Shown one piece after another: positions 7,847-16,005 of a DNA stretch of 64,000 bases. The stretch comes from Clostridia bacterium (GTDB taxonomy: Bacteria > Bacillota > Clostridia > Christensenellales > CAG-314), in NCBI GenBank assembly GCA_017500855.1, contig JAFVYC010000018.1:17400-81399 (forward strand). Reading direction: 5' to 3'. Both the position numbers and the translations under genes were made by a program. Within the stretch, counting starts at the first letter, position 1, and each line of letters starts with the position of its first letter. Below the pieces are notes generated by a model that saw nothing but the letters and a program-made list of their open reading frames with translations, made no database searches and was not told the DNA's origin.

Positions 7847-8260
7847 CAAAGCCCCTTGCAAAAACAAGGGGGCGTGTGTGTGTTTTGTGGTGCAATTGAC
7901 TGCAAACGCTTCAATTTGCTTTGGATTTTTTGGCAGTAGGCTTGCTTCGGTTGATGTGCTTCAATGCTGTGGCGCAGTTTGAAAAGCAGTGCCAGGCGGA
8001 GCAACCAAAGTGCAAACAAAAAGCAAGGGCGCATTCTAGTCTTTTTTCAACAAGGCGGAAAAACAAAACCCCTTGCAAAAACAAGGGGGACGTGTGTGGT
8101 TTTTGTGGTGCAATTGACTGCAAACGCTTCAATTTGCTTTGGATTTTTTGGCAGTAGGCTTGCTTTGGTTGGCGTGCTTCAATGCCATGGCACGTTTTGA
8201 AAAGCAGTGCCAGGCGGAGCAACCAAAGTGCAAACAAAAAGCAAGGGCGCATTCTAGTCT
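7847..8260. repeat. Tandem duplication, 2 x 207 bp, roughly 90-95% identical by eye
   Basis: Copy A is 7847-8053 and copy B is 8054-8260. Each contains the last 6 codons of mazG (LLKKD*), about 170 nt of 3' region and the hairpin ccccttg-N5-caagggg with a T-tract on the minus strand. Confidence 0.9.
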
Positions 8261-8583
8261 TTTTTCAACAAGAACGTTTCAAGGTTGATTGTGTGGTTGT
8301 ACTTGATGGATGCCACTTTGTCTTTTTCAATTATCAGCGTGGAAAGGTCAATATCGTTTATTGCAGCAATGGCAACAATGTAGTGTATCATGTCGGCAAG
8401 TTCAATGCCCAGTTGTTGTTGAAGGTCGTTTTCGTTGGAGGCTTTGCGACCTGCCCGCTTGTTCAGCACTTCGGCAACTTCGCCAATTTCTTCCACCAAC
8501 TTCATGAACATGCTTTGTTCGGTGGTCCTTCCACGGTAGTGGTTTGCCAAATATTCCTGAAGTTCATCAATAGATATTTTCAC
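8254..8583 (-). CDS. MazG-like nucleoside triphosphate pyrophosphohydrolase (small, single domain)
   Basis: LVEEIGEVAEVL ... ELADMIHYIVAIA is the typical MazG EEXXE/helix pattern. GTG start with AAAGGAG SD. Confidence 0.8.
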   Translation of the reverse strand: MKISIDELQEYLANHYRGRTTEQSMFMKLVEEIGEVAEVLNKRAGRKASNENDLQQQLGIELADMIHYIVAIAAINDIDLSTLIIEKDKVASIKYNHTINLETFLLKKD

Positions 8584-8635
8584 GTTGCGTTCTCCTTTGT
8601 GGGTTTGTTGTCATGGGCTGCCGTTCGATGTTTAG

Positions 8636-8854
8636 TTACCTATGTTGAATTTGGTGGTGTTCGGGTGGAGCAATTGTGATTGTTTCCCTGTGTTTGGCGC
8701 CACATCGCAAACAAGTGTATTCCACAACGTAACCACCAACGCCCCCTTCAATTTCTACGCCCAAATCCCAAGTGTGACTGCATTTTTCTTCGCACGATGC
8801 AAAAACAAGCGTGCACAAAACAATGCACAGCACAATTGCAAGCAGGTTTTTCAT
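8636..8854 (-). CDS. Small lipoprotein (72 aa) with a CxxC/His-rich motif
   Basis: MKNLLAIVLCIVLCTLVFASC (lipobox FASC) then EEKCSHTWD ... CLRCGAKH. The ATG overlaps the stop of the upstream four-helix-bundle gene (ATGA). Confidence 0.6.
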   Translation of the reverse strand: MKNLLAIVLCIVLCTLVFASCEEKCSHTWDLGVEIEGGVGGYVVEYTCLRCGAKHRETITIAPPEHHQIQHR

Positions 8855-9198
8855 TGCTTGCTCTCTTTCAATGTTTTGCAACTGGAAATAAGCATGCGCC
8901 TTATTCTGCCACAAAGATTTCTAATACTCTTGTATGTTACTTCTGAAATGGCATTTGTGTTGAACAGCAATTGCAACCAGCCTTCCGTTTCACTACATTC
9001 TTTGAGAGCAATTTCAAATTTGGACAACATGTCGGCTTTGCTTTGACCGTAGTTTGCTTCTCGGATGTTAGCATATACACTGCTTGAACTTTTGCGAATT
9101 TGAAACATTGTGTTAGACGGAGCTTTTATGCTTTGACACAACAATTCAACACCAGTTGCAAGTTGCTCGGAGTAAGTGAGTAAATAGTTTTTTGGCAC
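8851..9198 (-). CDS. Four-helix-bundle protein (23S rRNA intervening-sequence protein / Avd-like family)
   Basis: SVYANIREANYGQSKADMLSKFEIALKECSETEGWLQLL matches the family signature as I remember it. GTG start after AGAGGTG. Confidence 0.75.
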   Translation of the reverse strand: MPKNYLLTYSEQLATGVELLCQSIKAPSNTMFQIRKSSSSVYANIREANYGQSKADMLSKFEIALKECSETEGWLQLLFNTNAISEVTYKSIRNLCGRIRRMLISSCKTLKESKQ

Positions 9199-9217
9199 AG
9201 TATCACCTCTTTAGAGC

Positions 9218-9228
9218 ATTATACCACA
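9218..9228 (-). promoter_or_regulatory. Extended -10 promoter element TGTGGTATAAT (copy 5 of 7)
   Basis: Plus strand reads attataccaca. It lies about 20 nt upstream of the four-helix-bundle GTG. Confidence 0.5.
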
Positions 9229-9243
9229 TACAAGCAACAAAAT

Positions 9244-9440
9244 CAAGGCGACAGCCTTGTATATCATCAAATTCGTAGAATTTGTATATCATCAAAACGA
9301 AGTTTTGTATATCATCAAGTCGCAGAAAGATACACGCTGATGCGTGATGATATACAGCCCAAAGGGCTGATGATATACGAATGTATATCTCGCCACAGGC
9401 GAGTTATACATTCAATGATATACCAAGTCTGCGACTTGGA
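9244..9440. repeat. Array of short variable hairpins, each followed by the conserved 11-mer GTATATCATCA: three forward units then three inverted units
   Basis: Forward copies at 9259-9269, 9284-9294 and 9307-9317. Inverted copies (TGATGATATAC) at 9345-9355 and 9368-9378, plus a partial at 9416-9423. Adjacent hairpins include caaggc-gaca-gccttg, aattc-gta-gaatt, aaaac-gaa-gtttt, agccc-aaa-gggct and ccaagtc-tgc-gacttgg. Confidence 0.85.
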
Positions 9441-9441
9441 T

Positions 9442-9483
9442 AAAAAAATACTGCAAAAATGTGACCATTTCTGCAGTATTTTT
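9442..9483 (-). terminator. Intrinsic terminator of tRNA-Arg
   Basis: Stem atactgca (9448-9455) pairs with tgcagtat (9472-9479). A T7 run follows on the minus strand, immediately after the tRNA CCA end. Confidence 0.8.
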
Positions 9484-9560
9484 TGGCGCAACGTAAGGGA
9501 TTCGAACCCCTGACCTTTGGTTCCGTAGACCAACGCTCTATCCAGCTGAGCTAACGATGC
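9484..9560 (-). tRNA. tRNA-Arg (anticodon ACG)
   Basis: Reverse complement is GCATCGTTAGCTCAGCTGGATAGAGCGTTGGTCTACGGAACCAAAGGTCAGGGGTTCGAATCCCTTACGTTGCGCCA. It folds as a cloverleaf with anticodon loop CU-ACG-GA, T-loop GGTTCGAATCC and an encoded CCA. One U-U mismatch in the acceptor stem (4:69). Confidence 0.9.
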
Positions 9561-9577
9561 ATCTCTAGTGCCTATGT

Positions 9578-9606
9578 ATTATACAGCAGTTGCACCAAAA
9601 AGTCAA
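9578..9606 (-). promoter_or_regulatory. Consensus sigma-A-type promoter of tRNA-Arg
   Basis: Minus strand reads TTGACT-N17-TATAAT. The -10 ends 17 nt before the mature tRNA 5' end. Confidence 0.7.
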
Positions 9607-9676
9607 CAAATCTTTCAAAGGTTTTCAACAAAAATTGTAATTTTGTGCTGTGGCAAGCAAGACAAGTTGCCTTTTG

Positions 9677-9687
9677 TGTGGTATAAT
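9677..9687 (+). promoter_or_regulatory. Extended -10 promoter element TGTGGTATAAT (copy 6 of 7)
   Basis: Exact 11-mer 35 nt upstream of the HAD hydrolase ATG. Confidence 0.5.
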
Positions 9688-9722
9688 GTAGAAAATATCT
9701 ACAAAACACAGGAAAAATTCAC

Positions 9723-10352
9723 ATGAACGGCTACGATTTCGACGACACCATCTACAAGGGCAACAGTTTCAGGCGCTTTTTTCTTTTTTGCCTTGTGCGC
9801 TTGCCCTACTTGATAGTTTTGCTTCCCGTGCAAATTGTGTGCGCTTTGCTTCGTGCTTGCCACGCCATCAATCACCAACAATTTCTTTCGGCAATGAACT
9901 GGTTTGTGTACCTTGTGCCAAAAAGAAAGTGGTTTGTTGGCAAGTTTTGGGACAAAGAAATTGCACGCATAAAACCTTGGTACTTGGCGCAACAACGCTC
10001 GGATGATATTGTTGTTTCGGCATCCCCACGCTACGAAGTGCAGGAAATTTGCAACCGACTTGGCATTGCAACGCTCATTGCCACGGAAACGGACAACCCC
10101 AGCCACCCTCACAATGGCGTGTACTGCTACGAAATGCAAAAAGTGGTGCGCTACAAACAGCAGTTTGGCGACACTCCGTTGGAAACCTACTACTCCGACT
10201 CAGTCACCGACATCCCAATGTTTATGCTGGCAAAACGTGGCTACTACGTGGACGGCAACAACGTTGTGCTGTACTACGAAAACGGCAAGCAAGTTTGCCA
10301 AATCAACGAAAAAAAGGCGCAAAAAGTCAAAAAGCGCAACGGGCTGAACTAG
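9723..10352 (+). CDS. HAD-superfamily hydrolase (HAD-IB-like) with an N-terminal hydrophobic segment
   Basis: Motif I YDFDDTIY (DxDxT), motif II VVSASP, motif IV YSDSVTDIPM. Confidence 0.8.
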   Translation: MNGYDFDDTIYKGNSFRRFFLFCLVRLPYLIVLLPVQIVCALLRACHAINHQQFLSAMNWFVYLVPKRKWFVGKFWDKEIARIKPWYLAQQRSDDIVVSASPRYEVQEICNRLGIATLIATETDNPSHPHNGVYCYEMQKVVRYKQQFGDTPLETYYSDSVTDIPMFMLAKRGYYVDGNNVVLYYENGKQVCQINEKKAQKVKKRNGLN

Positions 10353-10394
10353 CCACCCCGTGTGGCGAAATTTGCCACCAACATACAAAAAGCA

Positions 10395-10438
10395 AAGAGA
10401 GAACAAATTGGTGCAAACCAAATGGTTCTCTCTTTTTT
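10395..10438 (+). terminator. Intrinsic terminator after the HAD gene
   Basis: Stem aagagagaac (10395-10404) pairs with gttctctctt (10425-10434), then a T-run. Confidence 0.7.
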
Positions 10439-10670
10439 ATTGGTCAAAGCGCAAAACACGCACCCCGTGGTGCAAAATTTGTGGAAAGTCGTTGCAAAAA
10501 CCGTTAAATTTGAATTTGTTTGCAAAGCCCGTGCAAAGTTGCAAGCAAAGGCTTTGTGTTGCAAAAGTCCACACCCGTGGTGCAAAAACGGCTTTTTGGC
10601 AAATTCTTTTGTGCTTTGTGAAGGAGAAAAAATATGTTTTGTTGCAACACGTGGTTGCATTTTGCGCTTT

Positions 10671-12236
10671 CTAGGTGTTTTGACGTTTGCTTTTTTTCTT
10701 CTTTTGCAAGGTAGTTGCGGGAACGTTGGCAAGCAAAACAAGAAATGGTGCAACAGCGCAACCCACAACAACCAATATCACGGGCAAAATGCTTCCGCAC
10801 GCAAGCAAAGACAAAATGCTTGTTGCAAGCGCAAACAGCAACGAGTCGGCTGTGTACTTCAACGCTTCGCAAAAGGTAAATTTTTTGCTTTGCTTGGGCG
10901 TTACCAAAAACACGGCTTTTTTGCCAAGTAATCCCAAAAGCACAGTGCGTATCATCATTGGCGCAAGCGATGCGTAGGTGCAAACCGTCACAACGAAGTA
11001 GGGCAACAACAAAGCAAACTTTTTGCTCTTTCGGTACACAAACAAATCCGGTATCAGCGGGGATGCCAAAAACAGCAACATCAACAAGTACACGCCCAGC
11101 GAGTAGGCAATTGTTGGGTAGCCCAAAAATCCCAGCGCAATGGTGCAAGCCGTTAGCAAAAGCCCAAGCATTGGCACGATGGGCAGGCTGTAGTGACTGA
11201 TGCGAACGTCTAGTTTTTCAAACCACGTCATGGGACATTTGGAAATGTCTTTGTTGTACCTTGCCATGTACTCCAAGTTGCCTTGCGTCCACTTGCATTG
11301 CCGTTTTTTCAACGCAACGTAGTTGTTGGGGAATTGTTCTTGGCACAAAACGTCCGGTGCGTACAGCACGTTCATCCCTGCGTTTTTCACTTCCACAGCA
11401 AAGGAAATGTCCTCGGCAACAACGTGGGGAAACCCACCTGTTTTTTGGTAGCAAGCACGGCTGACGGTCATCCCGTGGCCAAGAAGCGCATTTGCGCCGT
11501 AGAAATTCTTTACAACTTGCACGGTTTTGCCGTTGCTTCCCACCGAAAGCCCCAACAGTTGTTGAAACAAGTTTTCCCCTTCCGTTGCCGTGTGCCTTGC
11601 TTGCACGGCGCCACAAAGTTTGTCGAATGCAAAGTACTTTTGCACTTTTTGGATGTAGTTTGGTGGAACAATTTCGTCGGCATCCAACACCACAAAGTAG
11701 TCGTAGTCGGTGCGCCCCTCAAGGTAGTTGTTCAAGTTGCCCGCCTTGTAGCCTTGCCGTCCAACTCGCCGAACAAGTTCAAACTGGGCATGCGTGTCAA
11801 CAAAATCGTCAATTTGTTTGACGTAGCGTTGGTCGGTGCTGTCGTCCAAAATCACCGTTTTGTAGTTGTTGTAGTGCTGGTGGCTACTTTGCAACAGCGC
11901 TGTGGGGTTGAAATCGTTGCAAGTGCAGTACAACAGCACGAAACGTGGGGACGTGGTGGGCAATTGCGCTTGTTCTTCCACTTGTTGGTAGGCTTTTTGC
12001 ATGCTTTTGCTTGCCAGTTTGTAGGCGCAGGAAAACACAAAGTCCTTGATGCTTCCAAGCCACAACATCGCAAGTGCAAATGTGTTTGTTGCAAGCAAAC
12101 AAACCACGGCAACGCCTTTTGCGCCAAGGGGGTGCGGAATTTTTGCTACCGTCCACGCCAAGCTTGCCACCAAAACAGCAACACACACAGCCCACAAGCA
12201 CAGCACAACAACGTACACAGTCGGTTTCTTTTTCAC
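10671..12236 (-). CDS. Membrane-integrated family 2 glycosyltransferase (processive beta-glycan-synthase-like)
   Basis: VLLYCTCNDF, ILDDSTD, LDADEIVPPNY (DxD) and QCKWTQGN (QxxRW-like), with N- and C-terminal TM bundles. Start set at GTG 12236 after AAAGGAGG; the track start at 12278 lacks an SD. Confidence 0.8.
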   Translation of the reverse strand: MKKKPTVYVVVLCLWAVCVAVLVASLAWTVAKIPHPLGAKGVAVVCLLATNTFALAMLWLGSIKDFVFSCAYKLASKSMQKAYQQVEEQAQLPTTSPRFVLLYCTCNDFNPTALLQSSHQHYNNYKTVILDDSTDQRYVKQIDDFVDTHAQFELVRRVGRQGYKAGNLNNYLEGRTDYDYFVVLDADEIVPPNYIQKVQKYFAFDKLCGAVQARHTATEGENLFQQLLGLSVGSNGKTVQVVKNFYGANALLGHGMTVSRACYQKTGGFPHVVAEDISFAVEVKNAGMNVLYAPDVLCQEQFPNNYVALKKRQCKWTQGNLEYMARYNKDISKCPMTWFEKLDVRISHYSLPIVPMLGLLLTACTIALGFLGYPTIAYSLGVYLLMLLFLASPLIPDLFVYRKSKKFALLLPYFVVTVCTYASLAPMMIRTVLLGLLGKKAVFLVTPKQSKKFTFCEALKYTADSLLFALATSILSLLACGSILPVILVVVGCAVAPFLVLLANVPATTLQKKKKSKRQNT

Positions 12237-12564
12237 GTTGTGCCTCCTTTGCACAGTTGCCACAAAAATCTGTGGCAAAAGTTTGGGGGTTTTGTTGGCA
12301 CTAGTGTTGACACTTTTTGCAAGGCTTATGCACGTTTGCTTGTTTTCCTGTGTAATTCAAAAAACAAGTGCTTTTTGTGCTTTGCTTGCATTTTCCACGC
12401 CAACACCGTTTTGCCAACCAACTAGAATGAACTTGTTTGAACAAAGGTCTACATTTGTAACTTTTTGCAAAACAGTGTATTGAAATTGAAGTTTGCAAGT
12501 AGTATTATTTATATATGCAATAGCAAGCGTGTTGCTTGCAGCAAAATTTTAGGAGGAATACACA

Positions 12565-14120
12565 ATGAAAAACAAACTATTTTCCATTATGCTTGTTGTT
12601 TTCATGGTGGCTATGTCCCTTGTGACTCTCGTTGGTTGCACAGTTACATACGTTTCCATTAGAATTGACAGCGAAGCAATGAAAACTGACTACGTAAAAG
12701 GCGAAGCACTTTCCTACGAAGGCTTGAAGGTTTACGCAACAACCGACAAGGGCGAAGAAGTAGAGTTGACAGCTGAACAGTACACACTTTCCGTAGAAGC
12801 AGGCACAAAAGTTGAAAAGAAAACAACTATCACAGTTGCTCTTGTAGACCAACCTGAAATCTCCGAAAAGTTCAACGTTAAGTGCCACAACGAAATCGTT
12901 AGCGCAGAAATCAAAACACACGCAACAAAGCTTGAATACCTTGTTGGCGAACGTTTCGATGCTACAGGTCTTGTTGTTACAGTAACACGTGAAAACGGCG
13001 AAAAGAAGACGTTACCGACGGTTTCACATACAAAACTGAACCTTTGACAGTAGAAGACACAACAATCGAAATCACAGTTGGCGCACAAAAAGTTACAGAA
13101 ACTTTGACAATCATCCGTGGCGTATTCATCGAAGCAGAAGATGGTGTTATCGTTTCTAACGACGCAGACATCAACAGCGACAGCCCAGATGCAACAGGTG
13201 GTTTGTACGTTGGCGACATGAAGTCCGGCAACACACTCACATTCGTGTTCAATGCAAGCAAAGCTGGCGAAGCAGACATCACATTCCGTCTTGCTTCTCA
13301 ATACTTGAAAGCAGACAGCAGCTGGGTTCCAATTTGGATGGGCGACTGCCAACTCAACAAAATCATGAAAGTATACGTTAACGGCGTTGAACAAAGCATC
13401 TCCGACGACATCATCCTTCCAGGCGGTGGCGGTCCAGATGGCGAACCAGATTCCAACTTGTGGTTCAACTGGCGTGAAGTTGTTTTCGGCGCAGCTCAAC
13501 TTGTTGAAGGCGAAAACACAGTAATGATCGAATTCATTCCTCACGACTACAACGACTGCAGTCAATCCAGCTTCAACGGCAAGTTCACAGCTAACATCGA
13601 CAGCATGAAGGTAGAAACAAGCGACATCGACATCTCCGTTATCAAACCTCTCGACGACGGTGTTTCCGAATTCACAGCAACAGATACTTCCTTGGAAAAC
13701 ATTGACGGCAAGGCAACACTTGTTATCTCCGGTTCCTACGTTCCAGGCGCAGATGCAACAGAAGAAACCCTTGTTACTGCTTTGAGCGAAATCTACTTCG
13801 ACTTCCAAGCTAACCCCTTCGTTGCTTCAGGTTCTTGGAACGGCGACTGGACTGCTCACGTTTTGACATGCGTTGGCGTTGAAATTGACGCAGCAAACAA
13901 CACCTACGTTGCTAAGTACGACCTTTCTCAACTTACAGAATTTGCATACACTGGTCACTACGGCGCTCCCGATAGCTCCGGCGACTTCAAACCAACATGC
14001 GAAAGTTTCACAAAGGAATTGACAGTTGGTGGTTTGAAGTACACATTGTCCTACGTAAACGGTAGTACTGCTGACACAGAATTCTGGGGATGCGTTGGTC
14101 TCAGAGTAGAAGCTGCTTAA
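12565..14120 (+). pseudogene. Surface lipoprotein with two Ig-like repeats and a CBM-like domain, split by a 1-nt frameshift (track ORFs 12565..13047 and 13044..14120)
   Basis: Signal peptide + lipobox (SLVTLVGC). Ig-like repeat 1 is KTDYVKGEALSYEGLKVYATTDKGEEVELTAEQYTLS. Repeat 2 starts KLEYLVGERFDATGLVVTVTRENGEK in frame 1 and continues (E)DVTDGFTYKTEPLTVEDTTIEITVG in the next frame. The switch maps to ggcgaaaagaagac (12997-13010). Downstream FIEAEDG ... GNTLTFVFNASKAGEADITFRLAS is CBM6/35-like. Confidence 0.7.
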
Positions 14121-14139
14121 TAGTTTTCACACAAAAAAT

Positions 14140-14168
14140 GGCTGAACTTTTGTTCAGTCTTTTTTTTG
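14140..14168 (+). terminator. Intrinsic terminator after the lipoprotein gene
   Basis: ctgaac-tttt-gttcag followed by a T-rich run (tcttttttttt), 20 nt after the stop. Confidence 0.55.
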
Positions 14169-14548
14169 TGCTTTTTGCAGTTGTTGCAGTGCAAAACCTC
14201 ACGGGCGTGGTGGCAAAACGTGTTGTAGGGCTTGTGTGGCGACAGTTTGCCAACAGGCAAATGGATGGCAATCAAAACGCACCAACAAGCGTTACGGTTG
14301 ACAAGTCAACCCAAGCACACACCACTACTATTAGCGAAATTTGGCAAATGTTTGCGCAAAACACGCCAACGCCTTGTTGCCAAGCCAACAACTCACGCTT
14401 GAACCTATGCAATTGTGCACAATGCACAAACAAACAACGTTTTGGCAGTGCGGTCAACAAGCACAAACATTCAACAAAAGCATTGCGCAAAACTCAACAA
14501 TATCAAAAAGTTTTGGTGTGCAAGTGGCAAAGAACACGGTTTTGCAAC

Positions 14549-14586
14549 AAAAAAAACGGTTGGACTGTTCCAACCGTTTTGTTTTG
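14549..14586. terminator. Bidirectional intrinsic terminator
   Basis: Stem aacggttgga (14555-14564) pairs with tccaaccgtt (14569-14578). A-run upstream and T-rich run downstream. Immediately 3' of the DUF1858 gene on the minus strand. Confidence 0.75.
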
Positions 14587-14590
14587 CGTT

Positions 14591-14776
14591 CTACGCTTCG
14601 TTGAGTTGTGCAAGCAAAGTGTCAAGGTCGATGCCGTGTACCATTGCTGCTTGTTCAACTGTTTCTTGGTGAGCCAACAAGCAATGGATGCATCCCATTC
14701 CGTAGCCGGAAAAAACTCTTGCGCTTTCCGGTTTTGCTTGCAAAACGTCCACAATTCTCATGTCCTTTGTTATCAT
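14591..14776 (-). CDS. DUF1858-domain protein (hybrid-cluster-protein-associated redox disulfide domain family)
   Basis: MITKDMRIVDVLQAKPESARVFSGYGMGCIHCLLAHQETVEQAAMVHGIDLDTLL is the family pattern with a CxxC-like GCIHC. AAGGAG SD. Confidence 0.75.
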   Translation of the reverse strand: MITKDMRIVDVLQAKPESARVFSGYGMGCIHCLLAHQETVEQAAMVHGIDLDTLLAQLNEA

Positions 14777-14857
14777 TGTAGTTCTCCTTGATTAGTTTTC
14801 TTTATTGTACAACATTGTTGGCTTTTTGACAAGCAATCAAACGCCACAATGTATTTT

Positions 14858-16003
14858 TCAATGCAAAAAACCTTTTGCAATTTGTTCCAACAGGTTCAGT
14901 TGCCCGTCGAAAACACCGTCGTTGAACAGCCACAATCCTGCAAAAACAGCCACGGCAATGCCAACAACGGTAAGCAGTACTTTCCAAGGGGAAACGGGCG
15001 ATTTTCCGCACACTTTTGCTTGCAATTTTTCTTTGTTTGTGAAAATGCCGGAAACGTACTGGCTGTACAGTTTGTTGCGGTACTTGGTGTTTGCTACGTA
15101 CACGGGTAACATCAAGTACTTGAAGGATTTGTCCAGCACCTTGAAGTTGACTTGCAAACTACCTTCCACGTCGGCGTTGTGGCGTCGCATAATGGCGTTT
15201 TTGATGGTGGTTTTCATTGTTGTCACAGCCTTGCCGTAGGCATCCAATGGTTGCAAACTGTAGTGTTCGGCAACAAACCCTGCCAAAAACTTTTGGTCGT
15301 ACACAACGTACTTGCTTTGTGGGAATGGCCCCATTTGGTTGAAGTAGTTTTGCGGAATGTGATTGTTGCCCTGAATCATCATGTCGTCGAAACTCATGTC
15401 CATCACGCCACTGACGTGGTACCAATGTATGTAGGTTTGCGTGTAGGTTTTTCCGTTTCTGCGCACCGTGCGTGTTCGGCGTTGACCAACCTTTCCGCTG
15501 TAGGGGCTACTTGTCACGGCGTCGAAAGTCCAGCACGGCACAAACACGCCCTTGACGTTTTGCTCCTTGGTGGATTTGCGAAAATTCCTTGGGGCGTACA
15601 GTTTGCCCTTGCGCCACTTGGCAAGCACAGCCGAGGCGTCCTTTTGGGAAAGTTCAAATGGAACCACAACGTTGGGTTGCAAAATGGATGGCAAATTTTC
15701 TTCCATCACCACGGGGGAGTTGCAAAACGGGCAAGTCGTTGCCAAAGTTGCCTTGTCCACGGTGGTCACTGCGCCACAGTTTTGGCAACGGTAGGTACAA
15801 ATGGAGTTGCTTTTCCAAGTGGGCAAATGTCGCAATTCTTCAAAACTGCGTTCTTCCACAAAGAAATCTTGCTCCACACCAACGGTGCTGTTGCAATGGT
15901 CGCACAGCAATTTGCCTGTTGTGGGGTCGTAGGTCAAGTTTGCGCCACAATTTGGGCATTGAGGTTGAAGTGCATCTTGTTGCACTTTGGTTTGTTCGGT
16001 CAT
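14858..16003 (-). CDS. Double zinc-ribbon protein with C-terminal TM anchor (YdjG-like partner of the SPFH protein)
   Basis: CPNCGANLTYDPTTGKLLCDHC and CQNCGAVTTVDKATLATTCPFC; C-terminal VLLTVVGIAVAVFAGLWLF. Start ATG 16003 lies 2 nt after the SPFH gene's TAA stop. Confidence 0.7.
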   Translation of the reverse strand: MTEQTKVQQDALQPQCPNCGANLTYDPTTGKLLCDHCNSTVGVEQDFFVEERSFEELRHLPTWKSNSICTYRCQNCGAVTTVDKATLATTCPFCNSPVVMEENLPSILQPNVVVPFELSQKDASAVLAKWRKGKLYAPRNFRKSTKEQNVKGVFVPCWTFDAVTSSPYSGKVGQRRTRTVRRNGKTYTQTYIHWYHVSGVMDMSFDDMMIQGNNHIPQNYFNQMGPFPQSKYVVYDQKFLAGFVAEHYSLQPLDAYGKAVTTMKTTIKNAIMRRHNADVEGSLQVNFKVLDKSFKYLMLPVYVANTKYRNKLYSQYVSGIFTNKEKLQAKVCGKSPVSPWKVLLTVVGIAVAVFAGLWLFNDGVFDGQLNLLEQIAKGFLH

Positions 16004-16005
16004 GG

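Noticed and set aside
7825-8252. Duplicated small ORFs inside the tandem repeat (MRPCFLFALWLLRLALLFK ..., 69 and 113 aa) as possible secreted peptides.
   Set aside because: They have no SD and are antisense-like in composition. The two copies diverge by frame-changing differences, and the ORFs simply reflect stop-codon scarcity.
7847-9198. A diversity-generating retroelement, suggested by the Avd-like four-helix-bundle protein plus a nearby pair of about 93% identical repeats as TR/VR.
   Set aside because: There is no reverse transcriptase gene. The repeat is a head-to-tail duplication of non-coding DNA plus 6 mazG codons. Mismatches between copies are not restricted to adenine positions and include an indel.
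9315-9533. Track ORF of 72 aa on the minus strand.
   Set aside because: It runs through the tRNA-Arg gene, its terminator and the hairpin array, so it is not coding.
8254-9560. A genomic island or prophage integrated at tRNA-Arg.
   Set aside because: No integrase, recombinase or phage structural gene is present anywhere in the window. I did not spot a direct repeat of the tRNA 3' end by eye. Only the unexplained hairpin array remains, reported separately.
14090-14791. A 233-aa ORF (MRWSQSRSCLIVF ...) filling the gap after the lipoprotein gene.
   Set aside because: It starts inside the upstream gene and crosses two terminators and the DUF1858 gene on the opposite strand. It is Cys/Gln/Asn-rich and not protein-like.
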